Positions 24,316 to 37,614 of a stretch of 64,000 nucleotides of DNA are shown here, piece after piece. How positions within the stretch are numbered: position 1 is the first letter of the stretch; every line of letters starts with the position of its first letter. The notes under the pieces were generated by a model. It ran no database searches, was not told where the DNA came from, and saw only the letters and a list, made by a program, of their open reading frames with translations. This stretch comes from Podarcis tiliguerta. Its lineage: Eukaryota. Location of the stretch: NCBI GenBank assembly GCA_965153285.1, contig OZ229110.1; one strand, given 5' to 3'. A program made the translations under genes and the position numbers.

Positions 24316-25120
24316 TAAACATGCCTGCATCTTTAAGCCCATGAAAACCTTGTAATGGACTGTTTAGTTAAATCAAAAGATGAAAAGTATTACTAAAATA
24401 AAACCCTAGCTCTGTCGAAATCACGTCCACTTCAATGAAGACATAATTTTCTTATCGTAAGATTTGGTTGCACACTTAGTAATTTGACCAGTCGTCAAGA
24501 ATCCAACCTGTTAATGCTATGCAAAATGGTATTTGTTGGTATCCTATTATGAAGAAAAAAATTGCTAAATATTCTAAAGTACAGGGACAACATAAGGACT
24601 TGAGGAGTGTGTGATCATACACATGTGTCTTAGTTAGGGTATGCATATCAGCAGCCAGGTAAATAAGAATGCTGGCTGAAGATTGCATTGTGAATGTTGT
24701 ACTCCCAGGTAAAACAATGTTGTATTACTGTTGTGTTTCACTTTTGCGAGGAGGGGTGCTGCCTCCAGCAGTTGTGTTGAATAGAATATTTGTCTATGCT
24801 CAGTTGCTATGACTTAGCTATCTGTTTGGTCACAGTCAAACTAAATAGAGGCTGGGAAAAGAGGACACTAGAGGGCGTCTGGTGTTAAGACGTTTGTGGA
24901 TGTGTAGCACAGCCAAATAGCACAAGAGAAGGAAGCTATTGCCTGCGTTTGATGGTACTTCAAAATGCCTTGTATAGGTTTCTCCTGCAGCGAGGAGATA
25001 AAAAGGAGCCCAGCTCAAAAGTATCCAATTCTAGGAGATCCAACTGGGATCGGGAATCCGGTCACATTCAGGCAATGGATGATGACGATTATGGATGTGT
25101 GATCTCTTAAATCTCTAAAC

Positions 25121-25256
25121 CAGAGCTTCCCAAACTTGGGTCTCCAGCTGTTTTTGGACTACAATTCCCATCACCCCTGGCCACTAGTCTTGCTAGCTAG
25201 GGATGATGGGAGTTGTAGTCCAAAAGCAACTGGAGACCCAAGTTTGGGAAGCACTG
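25121..25256. mobile_element. Palindromic hAT MITE (136 bp)
   Basis: Almost fully self-complementary (cagagcttcccaaacttggg...cccaagtttgggaagcactg); 8-bp TSD ctctaaac / ctctaaat. Degraded relatives near 2810-2930, 8485-8615, 10965-11085, 25810-25935, 26990-27090, 44660-44750 and 59615-59745. Confidence 0.85.
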
Positions 25257-28200
25257 CTCTAAATGATAAAAAGATACAGCTTGTAATGAAATGCTTCCTT
25301 CTTGTTGAGCACCTGATTGATTCATCTGTTCATATCTATATCTGTACTTTAACTTGTGGAGTTCCAACTGTAAGGAGGTCTCATTGCAGATCTCCCCGCT
25401 ATCTTTTATAACTCAGGCTCTTCTACAGATGTAATTGTCTGTTTGTCAGAAACACACTAAGCTCGCACTGATGCTACCTTGCATGCAGACTGCCAAGGGT
25501 GCACAAAAGTCAAATTGCCATGGGATTGTGGTAAGGAAACAGAAAGCCAAAGCTTCCTACATTAGCAAAGCACAGTGAGGACACAAGCATAGAATCATAG
25601 AGCTGTAGAGTTGAAAGGGACCCCGAAGGTCCTCTAGTCCAACCCCGCTGCAATACACAAACAGTGCAGACATGTATAGTTCTGGCACACTTTTGGGCTA
25701 TCAGTTGGCCTTTCTGTTAGCCAGTTGTCTGCAGTTCTGCTGGTCTGGACTCTCAGTGGCCATTCAGAGATACTGATCCCACAGCATAAACACAGCCACT
25801 AAGACAGAGCTTGCAGAGCCTATGACCCTCCAGATCTCAACAGTCTACAACTCCCGTGGATGCCTGATCATTGTCTATTTGGGCTGGGGCTATGGGAGTT
25901 TTAACAATGTCTGCAGGGCTGCAAGCTAGCTACCTCTGCAGTGAGAGGTCTTTCAGGTTATGTTTCAGCTAATGCTATGTTTCAGCTCATAAGATGGGCC
26001 TGTTATTTATATAGCTAAGACATGCATTGGGTTAGCAGCACCCCTTGATGGCAAAAGTCTATCTCAGAAACAGTAGAATACCAGTACTATGCAATTCCTG
26101 TGTCCGTCTGGAGGCAAGTGAAATATGTATGCATGAAACCTGATTTAAGTCTACAATGCATCCTCTTGAAAGGGGCGGACTAAGGGGCAGATGTGAGCCT
26201 TGAAAGTCCTGTTGCTTCCATTGGTATTTCATCGCACCTGACTTCCTCTGGATTGCCCTCATTTGGCATTGACCCAGCTAAATTCAAGCACTTTTAACAT
26301 TTCACTGTTTTTCAAGGGGAAATTCCAATTAAAACCAGTGGGGCAAAGGACTTTGGCTAGACATAATCTATACACAGCCTGTCCCTATATAGCAACCCAT
26401 GTACAACACACGATGTAAGAAATGAATCCACATGCCTATATATCACTATATAAGACTGTATATTTAGATATGTATCTGTTTTCAATAGATATAAATATGA
26501 AATTTAGGGAGAAAATAGGCTGTCCTATTGCAAATGAAGGCCCTGCATTTTGGGGAGAGGCATAAAGTACTTAAGGCTAAAATTTGGCTGGTAAGCATGG
26601 CAGCTTGCCAAATGAAGCCTATGATAGCAATAGTGGGACCATCTTGCAATGGATGCGGGTGAACATTTCATCTGTTTTGTGTGTTGACACGGACAGTAAA
26701 TGCCTTTAGCTAAGACGTATCTGACCCAGTTGCACACTTTCCCCCCTCTGCTTGTTTTGACTTTCTGAGTGCAGGCTGAAATGTAGCCTGTGCTCTCCCC
26801 ACCGTTCCAGTTTGTATTGTTCAATGGCCAGCAAAGCAGAATTGTCCGATGAATTTGGAGTGCAGTCCCTGGAGGCGGAAGGCCGAGTCCCATTGCCGTC
26901 AGTGAGCGGTACTTGATGCTCTGTTTAGGGTAGGGATGCAGCGTTCATTTGCACAAGGAACAGAGTGCAGTCGAAGAAGAAGAGAGATGGGTGGCATCCC
27001 AGCGGTTGTTGGACTCCATCTCCCATGGCCATCTGTGATCATGAGAGCTGTAGTCCTGCAGTAGGTGGAGAGCCACAGATTCTCCAGCCTCGGTACATGG
27101 CGAGGAGGTTTAGCACAGGAAGAAAAGCTCTGAGTGCAGTGATTAAAATAGGTAAATTGATTTAGCTGGTGAATCTATGCAGCTGCATTGTTGCTCCTCG
27201 GCTACTACCATCTTGTCTGGCTGCTTTTCAAAGAGCTGCTGCTTTTTTCATTGTTAAATGAGCAAATCAGATAGCTTTCAGGGTGGGTGGTGGAGTTGTG
27301 TCATTAGAGAATACTGCAGCCTGAATGCTCATTTTTATTTTTATTTTATTGGTGTTGGCAATGAGGCATTATGACTAGACCACTCCAACAAAACAATGTT
27401 AATGTGATGATATCCTTTTTAATATGAATGGCAGATCCAAGCCACCGTTTCCGGCGACCGTCCTTTGTGAAATACGTGTTGAGAGGTCTTCTAGCTGGAC
27501 GGCCTCTTGCTCTGCTCTGGGCAAAGCCATTAGGATGAAGTTAGCACAGCTACTTCATACCAGGAAGAGGCGGGAGGATAAAATGGTTTTGGACTTCCCT
27601 CCATACAGACACTATGTAACGACTTGCGCAAGTTTTTTTGAGAAAGACAAATATTACTGCTATTGGGGGCTCGGGGTGGGGGGTGAATGTGGGAACAGTT
27701 TTTCCTCAACCGACTACTTGCACTGACTGGTGTTGCACAGCTACACATTTAGAGAGCTTGTGCCACACACACACACACACACACACTCTTATGGTGATGA
27801 TGCAGGCAATGTGCGTCAGGCCTCTGTCGCCACCACACAACTCTGGAAACCCACCTCAGTTACAAACCTGGCCTACCTGAACCTCTGCCCCCTGCCCCCC
27901 AACCAAGCTTCAGGACTGTAGAGTGTAATCCCATAGAATAACAGCTACCTAGAAAACATGATCCTCAGGACTGAACCTCATGGATAAGTTACCTTCTCAT
28001 GGCTACTGGACTCTTTACCAGCCTGCAAGCTGCCAGCAAGGCACCCTCGCTCTGTAAAATAATTTTTTTTATAAAATATGTCAGGCACTTCACCTCATGT
28101 ATAGAAAAAGCCTTCCCAGCCACTGCTGGGGAGACACATCACTCAAACTGTAATTTTAGAAATGCAACAGGAGGGCTGTCGGACTTCTCCTTTTCAGGCG

Positions 28201-28581
28201 TCCCCACAAACTCACTTTACGAAGAATCGAGGAGGTGTGTGAAGATAACCTCCTCGCATTTTGCCTTTCCCCCCTTTCCCTTCACAACCCCGTCCCCAAC
28301 TGTTAGCTTGAACCATGCACACGTGTAAATGAGGGGAGGGGAGAAACAATCTAGAAATCTTATTATTACATATGTATTAAAATGTTAATATCACACTTTT
28401 TCTGACAATGTTTTAAAGAAAAGAAAAAAAAAGTTATTACTTTGCGGACTGTGCTTTATAGTACCTGTGTGAAAGAGGCTAGGACACTGGATACGAATAG
28501 AGCTATGTTGATATATCCCTAGTATGTACACGAGAACTTTCTTTTTGTCATACATTATACTTGTAATGTAAGATGATTATT

Positions 28582-28587
28582 AATAAA
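28582..28587 (+). terminator. Candidate distal poly(A) signal of PRDM11 (about 9.2-kb 3'UTR)
   Basis: AATAAA ends an AT-rich, TGTA-rich, repeat-free block (about 28330-28600) that looks like a 3'UTR end. A proximal AATAAA lies near 20168. Confidence 0.45.
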
Positions 28588-30097
28588 AAAAGAAACACTT
28601 CAGTTTATCAAGGCGGGTGGTGCGTGTCTTTATTAATGACTCAAATGAAAACAACTGAGCCTGCAGAAGAAGAAGAAGAAGAAGAAAGACTTTGCAGGCA
28701 ACTGTAACCAAGTCACTTATGGGAAGATCATTCATAATTTGCTCTGCCCCAGGCGCCTGCAGCAGCCAAGAAAACCAAAGAGGCAAAGGGAGAGAAAGCC
28801 AAGGCTGACCAGGGGTCCAAGCCCCCCAGAGCCAAAGGGGGGAGGAAGGGGGAGAATCCAGCCAGCCGGGGCCCCAAGGAGGCCTGAGGGGCCAGATTCC
28901 GCAGGGAGGGCAGGATGGGGGCACATGGCTGTCCAACGCGGCACCCTCCATCTGCCTTGTCCAAGGGAGAGGAGACCCCTTTTATGGTGGGGGCTGCCCC
29001 TCCACCTCTGGCACAATGTTCCCATTTATGAATGGACTATTTATGAAGCAAAGACCCTGTTTTTAAACACCGTGTCATTTTCGAATAAAGTTCAGAATGC
29101 CCCCCCCCCCAAAAAATTGCCCTCAAGAGTAGTTTGCCACACCTTGTTCATGGCCCCCTCCCATGCAGTCCTACATAACAGGGTGGATGCTCTTCAAAGT
29201 CCTGTCCCTGATCCTCCATGTGTTCTGGTTGCTAGTGCCACTAAGGGCCAAACTGTGTGCCAGGCTTAATGTGTGACCTACAGCTACATTTCCAGTTTTT
29301 CTATAATTGCAGGTGTGCTGGAGGGAAAGTAGAGGTTTATCCCTTCGCTCCCTAGCCACAATCAAGAGGAAAACCTCCCCTTACATGCTGCAATTCTGAT
29401 AACGATCATAAAGCTCCATGCACCAGTACTGTGCCTAAAGGAAAACTTGAGCTGTACACAGTGTGTTGAGCATAGTTCATTTGGCCCTCAAAACAGGCAT
29501 TTCCCCCTGCACCTCTGTTCAGGGTACTGTGAGTGAACACCTCTTCCCCCTGGCTTTTGACCCTTGAGATATATCTATTTTAGAACCTCCTCTATTATTG
29601 TGGATGTGAATTTGTTCTAAGCTTTAAAAACAAAGACTGGCAGTAAGAAGTTGAAATGATAAAAGTAACTAAATAATGCTGACATATAAAGACCTCTTTG
29701 CTACCTTGACCGTGTTGGCTATTTGCAGATTAGTTGTGCTGCAGAAGGCGTGCTGGGGAGACCGCACATTACAAGGAACGCAAAAATAACTTTTGCTAGG
29801 TTTTAATAACAAAAACCCCTTTTACAATCTATCAATAAGTATGACCCACCCACCAGGGTACTGAGAGAGCTAGGTGCTGCTCTTTATATACTATACCCAA
29901 CAGCTTAATTAACATAACAGCACCTGCTTTACTGCTTCACAGCTGTAAAACTAGGTCACGTTATTTGCCCTGGACCTTAAAGAGATACACATCTTGTGGA
30001 ACAATAATGAACCTTCAGATTTAAAGAGACCATTCAACAGACCGGTCTGCAGCAGTGCCCACCAGAAATTGCTTCTTCTCACCCTGCTTAGTAGTTA

Positions 30098-30240
30098 GGA
30101 CTGTGGCTCAGTTGTAGAGCACAGGCTTTGCATGCACGTTCAGTCCCTGGCATTTCCAGGTACAGGCAGAGCAAAGACTTCTGCCTGAAATTTTGGAGAG
30201 GTGCTGTCAGGCAGTGACAACATCAGGCTGATGGACCAAT
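30098..30240 (+). mobile_element. tRNA-derived SINE (degraded)
   Basis: ggactgtggctcagttgtagagcac...gttcagtccctggcat (A/B boxes), then ...gatggaccaat. A related - strand copy lies at about 56790-56944. Confidence 0.65.
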
Positions 30241-32372
30241 GAATAATAATAGTAATTGTAATAATTTATTATTTATTCCCCGCCCACCTGGCTGGATTTC
30301 CCCAGCCACTCTGGGTGGCTCCCAACAGAATATTGAAAGCACCTTCCTATGTTCTTACGGTGGATATTTTTTTAGTCTCTCTGCTGATGGATGTTGTCAT
30401 GTAGGCTGCCTTCCAGCTGCAGTGACTCCTTGTTCCAGATCTATAGAGATGGGCTCTCCAAAATTCACCTCCAAAGATATCCCCTCAGTGCCACAAGTGG
30501 CTCCAGGGACGCTTTCAGCAGAGCCTGTCCAATTAAGGGGTGTATAAGTCTTCTTATATGGGTTCGCCCCCTGAAATCTTTTCTAAAGCTCCCCAAACTA
30601 AAACAGCATCAAAGGCTTAAGCACCTTCTGATATCAACTACCCCAACACGATGTGCTCAGGTGTACAGCAAGCAGATTCTGGGGATGGCTAAGCTCTTGG
30701 TCAAGCAGGTGTTAACATGCCCTGCTGGAGATAACAAGTCCATTTGGTGAGTGACATTAGTTTATTCCTCTGGGCCCAATTCTAGTAGCACAGGATCTCC
30801 TGGAAACTTGTGAAAGACATGTGGACAAAACCCATATCATACGTCATTGCTAGAAAGCTGGAAACAATGTCCTGTTTACAGTGGTAGACTTGCACTGTTG
30901 TCTTGTATGTACCTGCAACTACTGCTCTTCAAGTGGCTGTCAGTGCAGTGACACAGACTACCCATCTTCCCCACGTAGAGGCTTTGGGGGGGGCTATAAA
31001 TTGTGGCAAGGGTGGGGAGCATTTTTCACCCCCAAGGGCTGCGTTCCTGGGCAAAGCTTGGAGGGCCACATGCCACTGGTGGGTGAAGTTAAAGACCAAA
31101 GTGAACATGACCAGAAATGTGGTTTTTGCCATAGGCTAGTTTCTGGACGGACACACACACACACACACACACTTCCTCAAGGACTCATTCCAGCAAAGCA
31201 GAGCCATTCAGGGGGTGTCTTGGGGAAACGTTCTCAGGGCAGGATAGCCTGGGGGGTGGGATTTAAATGCAATAAATATTTTTTTCAGTTTTGGATTGGT
31301 GAATGTAGTTGTAGACAGGAAGCGCACACCTATGTGTGCATCTGTCTCTTAGTAGCAAATGCTTTTTTGTCATAGTGGGAGTTTTGAACCATCACTCAAC
31401 CATTTAGAAAGGGGCAGGAGTACACAACATGGTGCCCTCCAGACGTTGCTGTACTACAACTCCCACAATCCCTTGCCTCAGCAGCTTCTCACCACTAGGG
31501 GGCTTGTTTTCTCATAATAGCCTTTACCCTCTTGACTGGATCCTCCTGGAGATGGAACACAATGAAACCTCATTTACTAGCTCTCTTCCTATCACGACCT
31601 TTTATTCCATCAATGCATTGTCTCCCCGCCCCCGGCCTTGAAAGTGTGAGGCTGTCTGTTATACAGAAACAGCTTTTTGATATCTTCCAGCACCCTCTAA
31701 TCATGAACAAACTGATTGGTGTTAAAACTGCCTTGAAAGGCCATATTCTATTGAAGACAGGAAGAACCCATCCCTTTCGTTCAACCCTGCATTGTCTCTT
31801 ATCTGAGGTGGAAAAGCACAGCAGAAAATAATCTTGTACAGCATTAAACCAGGCACCAGCTGTGAAGAGAATACACATGCAAAAATGAAGGTATGGCTCC
31901 TCATTAACTGATGGAGTTTTTTCATCTACTCTTTTTAATAATGTCTCTGTTTACATGGCTTTGCTTCTATATTTATAGATATTGATCCAAGAAACAATAC
32001 AAAGAAATAACAAGACAACTGCTTGGGTAAGGAGTTTTCAATTGGCATTTCCAAGGGAGACGGAGTGCTGTGAATTTTCTGTTAAGGAAGCTAACTTGTT
32101 TCTATGGAGATAGTCACTGCCCTCTCCATCTCCATTTCTCCATCTCCCCTTCCACATTTCCTTGAATCCCAAGAGGTTCCATGAGGCAATAGCTAAAGGG
32201 CAGTGGATACACTGAGCAAACTACACATTCCTGCATATACACAAAGCCATGGGTGGAGAACCTTTTTTGGTTCCATGGGCCAGTTCCTTATCAGGATCTG
32301 CCTTGCAGGCGAAATTTGGCAGGTGGGTGGGATTGCCCTCCTGTCACAATCCCTTTTGCTCTGCTCTTAAAA

Positions 32373-32726
32373 GGGACGCGAATGGTGCTGTGGGTGAAAC
32401 CACAGAGCCTAGAACTTGCCGATCAGAAGGTTGGCAGTTCGAATCCCGGCGATAGGGTGAGCTCCTGTTGCTCGGTCCCTGCTCCTGCCAACCTAGCAGT
32501 TCGAAAGCACGTCAAAGTGCAAGTAAATAAATAGGTACCGCTCCAGCGGGAAGGTAAACGGCGTTTTCGTGCGCTGCTCTGGTTTGCCAGAAGCGGCTTA
32601 GTCATGCTGGCCACATGACCCGGAAGCTGTACACTGGCTCCCTCGGCCAATAAAGCGAGATGAGCGCTGCAACCCCAGAGTCGGCCACGACTGGACCTAA
32701 TGGCCAGGGGTCCCTTTACCTTTACC
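32373..32726 (+). mobile_element. Sauria SINE, full length (lacertid type)
   Basis: tRNA-like head (gggacgcg...ggttggcagttcgaatcc), body ccaacctagcagttcgaaagc...taggtaccgc, and a (CCTTTA)n tail. taaaa(ggga) occurs at both ends. Confidence 0.9.
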
Positions 32727-33469
32727 TAAAAGGGAAGTGGGGTGGGGCTTGCAAAAGCCTTTGTGAGTCTCCAGTCCCTCCTTTTAAGATTGGAGCGAGG
32801 AAGGACTCAAAAGGGAAGGAGAGCAACTCACAAAAGCTTTTGCAAATCTTTTCCCTCTTGCCTTTTAAATCCTTGAGACTTGGAAAGGAACCTTCCCCCT
32901 CCCTTTGCTTTTCAAGTCCCCGGTGTGGCCAATCTTAAGGGGCAGGGAGACTCGGAAAAGATAAAGACAAATATATGCTGTCTGAATTCAAATGAGGAAA
33001 ATATAAAGTCAGGAGTAAGCAAAGAACAAAATTGAATTAAATACCACTAATCCCAGTTCAAGATCCAGTAAGCAGGCAAAGCAGGTCTTTAAAAGGCAAA
33101 CCGGTAAAGCAGATAGTACCCTGGATAATTCCATGAGGAGTCTGAGGCTACCTGGGCCTCCAGTGATAGAGCTGAATCCAAAAATAGCCCCAAACTGCAT
33201 TACAGCAGGCAGTTGACCAATTTCTCAGACATGGGAACCACTTGCTTCTGTCTTGCTAGAATACAAACTCAGCTTATTTTCCCTCATCCATTCCACTGCT
33301 GCATCCAGGCACAGTCTTGCTTCATTCAGATGTTATGGAAAAATAGGGCTGAGTGCCCCAGCATTCTGATGGCACCTTGCCCCCAAACTCCTAATGACTA
33401 CTCCCAATGGCTTCATGTAGATATGAATAGCACTGGGGATAGACTAGTGTCCTACTGTTACGTGGTTAC

Positions 33470-33745
33470 ATAACAGCACCCCATAGTTCAACCATGAGGG
33501 AAATGAGAAACACTCTCCTACTGTTACATCCTGAACTAGGTCCCATTGGGAGAACCAGAACCACTGAAATACAGTGCCCCCAGTTCCACAGGGTAGGTTC
33601 AGGAGGATGTTGTGGTCCATAGTATCAGAAGCTGCAGAGAGATTGGGAAGCAGGAGCAAGGTCGCGCTCCCCTTGTCCCGCTCTCTGCAAAGATGACCCA
33701 TCAGGGTGAACTAGGGCGACTCACTGAACCCAGGCTGGAACAGAT
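33470..33745 (-). mobile_element. L2-clade LINE RT fragment
   Basis: Translation DKGSATLLLLPNLSAASDTMDHNILL...GGTVFQWF resembles the L2 motif LLDLSAAFDTVDH..LL...L.WF. Confidence 0.7.
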
Positions 33746-33882
33746 ATACAACACCTAAATTGTCTGTCATGCCTACCTTGAAAAAATGAAATTACTGTCT
33801 ATAATTACCAGGCTCTACAATTATTTCTCTGAAGTCCAAGTTACCACTTGAATATTTAACTATGTAGAGAATATAAAGCACT

Positions 33883-35026
33883 AGGTAAAAAGTTAAAGGT
33901 AAAGGACCCCTGGAAGGTCAAGTCCAGTCAAAGGCGACTATGGGGTTGCAGCGCTCATCTCGCTTTCAAGCCAAGGGACAGACAGCTTTCTGGGTCATGT
34001 GGCCAGCATAACTAAACCGCTTCTGGTGCAATGGAACACTGTGATGGAAGCCAGAGCACACAGAAGCACCGTTTACCTTCCCGCCTGGAGCGGTACTGTC
34101 AGAGCTGGCTCCTGGTCCCAGCTCACAGAGGACCAACGCTAGCCGGTAGTAATGTAACAAAGTCTTTATTGAAGTATAGTTTCCATTTCCAAGCCTCAGC
34201 GCCCCAGCTCTACGTCTAGTGTCTAGACCGGCGAAGCTCCATCTGAATCCCCGCCCCCTGTACACCAGTTTAAGACTCTAGCCTTACTCCACCTCTTCCG
34301 TCTCTCCTTTCTCCTCTGGGTCCTGCTACCCCCCGGGGTCCCTTCCTTCCTGGATTCCTCCGACGCAGACGTGGACCCCCCTGACTCCTCCCTCTCTCTT
34401 CGGCGGGCTTTAGGACCTGGCTCCCTATCCGGGCTGCCAACTGCTGCCCCCTCCTGTACATTTGAACTTGGCGCGCGCGCGCAGCCTTCCACCTTCCTCT
34501 CGGCCGTTTCCTCGCTCTCCGATGGAGGCGTGGCCACTCCTGCCTCATGTCCTCCCGCTGTCAGCGCGCTGCCTGATCCCGATGCCTGGGACTCCTCCCC
34601 TCTACTCCACTCTGGTGTGGACGCTGGTCCAGATTTCCAACTGCTGCTCTCTGAGTCCCCCCTGGCCCCTTCTTCCTGGGGTGTCCCCCTCGGCACCCCC
34701 CTTGCCCTGACCATGGGGGCCTCTTTCTGTGAATCTTCCGATTCACTGGAAAGACTCAGAGACCTCGGATTGCTGTCATCGCTGACATTTCCTTCGGACT
34801 CCTCCCCCTCGCTCTCTATTTCCTCCCTCTCCTGTGCCTCTGCTCCTGAACCCCTGACAGGTACCTATTTATCTACTTGCACTGGTGTGCTTCTGAACTG
34901 CTAGGTTGGCAGGAGCTGGGACACAGCAATAGGAGCTCACCCCGTTGCATGGATTTGAACCACTGACCTTCCGATCGGCAAGCCCAAGAGTCTCAGTGGT
35001 TTAGACCACAGCACCACCTGCATCCC
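33883..35026 (-). mobile_element. Sauria SINE interrupted by a solo LTR
   Basis: Reverse-complement homolog of 32373-32726. The two halves (33883-34096 and 34860-35026) rejoin at ggtac. Confidence 0.88.
34097..34859 (-). mobile_element. Solo LTR (763 bp; Gypsy- or ERV-like)
   Basis: TGTCAG...CTGACA termini, perfect 5-bp TSD GGTAC (34092-34096 and 34860-34864), AATAAA on the - strand at 34165-34170, CpG-rich. Confidence 0.88.
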
Positions 35027-37614
35027 TACCATGTCTGGTAGATACATTGGTAAGGCCATCTCCCCAAGAGAGTGTTGTCTGTCAGTGATAGTATCTGGAC
35101 TTAGTGCCGATTCAGAATTGTTGTGGAAGGCCTGTCTGCTATGTCTACATTGGTGTTTAGCTACTTATAGTGTCTACAGGCATAAGCAATGTGGTGCTCT
35201 CCAAATATTGTTGGGCTAACCATCTCTAACCATTGGCCTTTCTGGCTGGGACTGATGGGGTCCAATAATGGGGTCTGAAGGGCACCATGTTGGTTGACCG
35301 TGGTCTACAGAGTGCCTATATCCCCAGAGCCAGGTACAGTTCTGAAGCATGCATCTATGATCGTTTATCTTTAGATCTGCTTCTCACTCTTTGGCAGGTT
35401 CATCAGGAGACATCAGTATATAACATGACAAATAGCTTACAATGAGGCAGCTCCATCTGGTCCGAAAATACAGAAGAGAACTACAGTAATTGCCAGATTC
35501 CAACATCAACTTCTCTGCTGTTTATAGATGTGAAGGGGGTGGGGGAAGCCTGCCAGGAATATTGTTCTTTGTGGTTTGGCAACCTTCTTACGTGGGTGTC
35601 ACTAGTTATGTGCCTGTGGGTACATGTTTGGTCCAATTTCTTCCCCCTTCCCCACCACTGAAATTAATTTTGAAAGAAGCATTCTGCTGTAGCCAATAAA
35701 ATAAGTTGTGTTGTGTGTGTATGTGTGATGCTCATGGCAGTCTTATTGGTTTTCAAATGCTCCCATGGGCCCAAACAGGTTGGCAACCCACACTCTTAGA
35801 TGCCTTGACACCTACAATGTTTTAGGCTCAGAATGCCTTGATCAGGATTACAGTAATTCCAATCTTCAAATGTGGGTAAATGCGAGGGGCTTCATTTTTT
35901 CAATGTGTTGCATTATCACTGCAGTGATCTTGGATCATATAACTGGCTGATGCAGATAACTGTTCAGCCACTCACGGAAACAGTCTTTCTAAAGTATGAC
36001 TGATGCACTGTGGGCAGAGCTGGGAGGGCATCCAAATAAAAAGAACAACTCATTGATCCAACTTTTGTATTATTTATTTGTGGTTGAATGTTGTTGTTTG
36101 TGCAGTAAAATTAGACACCAAATCTCATGCTTTTATTTTGTACTTTGAACAGTGAATACGACAACAGCAAATATTTGTTTTTGTACAATAAAGATATTAA
36201 TCCACAGAGTTGGTCCACATGATCTTTCCTCTGAGCCTGGCTATGGCATTTTAATTTATTTGTCGTCGTCCCCTTCCTTTGAGATTTTATTACACAAGTG
36301 CTAAGGATTATGTGCTATTTACATCTAATTCTTCACACTGTGATGGAACAAGCTTTTGAATCTGACAGTGTGTGCCCCCAGAATTCTGAAAGTAGGTGTA
36401 TCCTGACACATCCCAGACAGATCTTCAAAAGTGCAGATCCAACAAGGCAAAGACATAGCACCTTGTTGCCCTTATAAAGGTGAGTTGGCTGGACTTGGTA
36501 AATCTGACTAAAGTGGCCTTTTTGGCATTGAATCTGCACAATGCACTTTTACAGATGGTAAATGAACTTCATGTACAGGACACTGAACAGCAAGGCATTA
36601 CATTACAAAGCAGAAATAAATACAAGTGAAACCAGCATTTTGAGGTGACCTGGCTAACAGAAAGTCACACCACAATGTTAATTACAATTCTCATTGCCAT
36701 CAATAATGGACAAGGCAGCTGGTTAATGTGGAAAGAAGTGCTCAGTCTGGCCAGTACCAGGGTACTGCAGATGCTGTGCTTGTCCAACAGGGTGAAATGA
36801 AGCATCCATTCGTTGACAGTCTTCCTGTAGCAGACTCAAGTGCTCTGGCAATCTTCAAACCAACTTGCAGTTAATGTTGTTAAAGACACCATACCTGTTC
36901 TCCTATGTGCTCACATCATTTGGCATAAGGGCCACAACTGGGTGAACCTTGTGCCTTTGTGCTTGAATTTGCACCCAATCTCAGCACTGTGCTCTCCCTG
37001 GCAATTGCCTGCATCCTCTCTGTGGCCCAGCTCTGTGGTTGTTGGACCCTTGCAAATAATACACGTGTGCTTTAGCTGCACCACCAGAAATCTCCAGTTG
37101 GGTCGTAGTGTTTCAAGTAGACTGGCAGTAAACCTCTCCGTGTACTTTTCAAATACTGGATGTGCTTACCCCTCAGCTGATATAATTCTATGCTGTTGGG
37201 TTCTAAAAAGTATTACAAAACTCACAAGGAAGCTACATCACAAGTAAAGATACTAGACTGGGTTCCTTGTCCTTGAATTGTGAGCCCTACAGACAGGAAA
37301 TAGCTCTCCACTGTTTTTCATTATCTTCATCTGACAATGTTCCACTTGTTGCCCCATACAGTGAATATGTACACCAAAATAAAGTTAAGTGGTGAAGCCA
37401 AGGTAGTTCAGGAATATTTGCTGATGTCCTTACTGGATCAGGCCTCCCTGCATGTCTCCTAAAAGGTAGTCTTTCTGTGAAGCTATGTCAACTCCCTGAT
37501 TGAGGGAGCTGCATGGGTTGACTTCAGGCCCCATCATTTCCTTCCTTGACCTCCTTTCCTCAAGAAATGATTTGCACCTTCAGAAGCAAACATGCCAATA
37601 ATCCGTCTGTCACA

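Noticed and set aside
36300-37560. Possible decayed DIRS/Ngaro-like retroelement on the - strand (fragments such as KHTCIICKG, CQGEH...CKFKH, SLNQGVD)
   Set aside because: The motifs are short, scattered over different frames and may be chance. A translated search (tBLASTx or HMM against DIRS proteins) would be needed.
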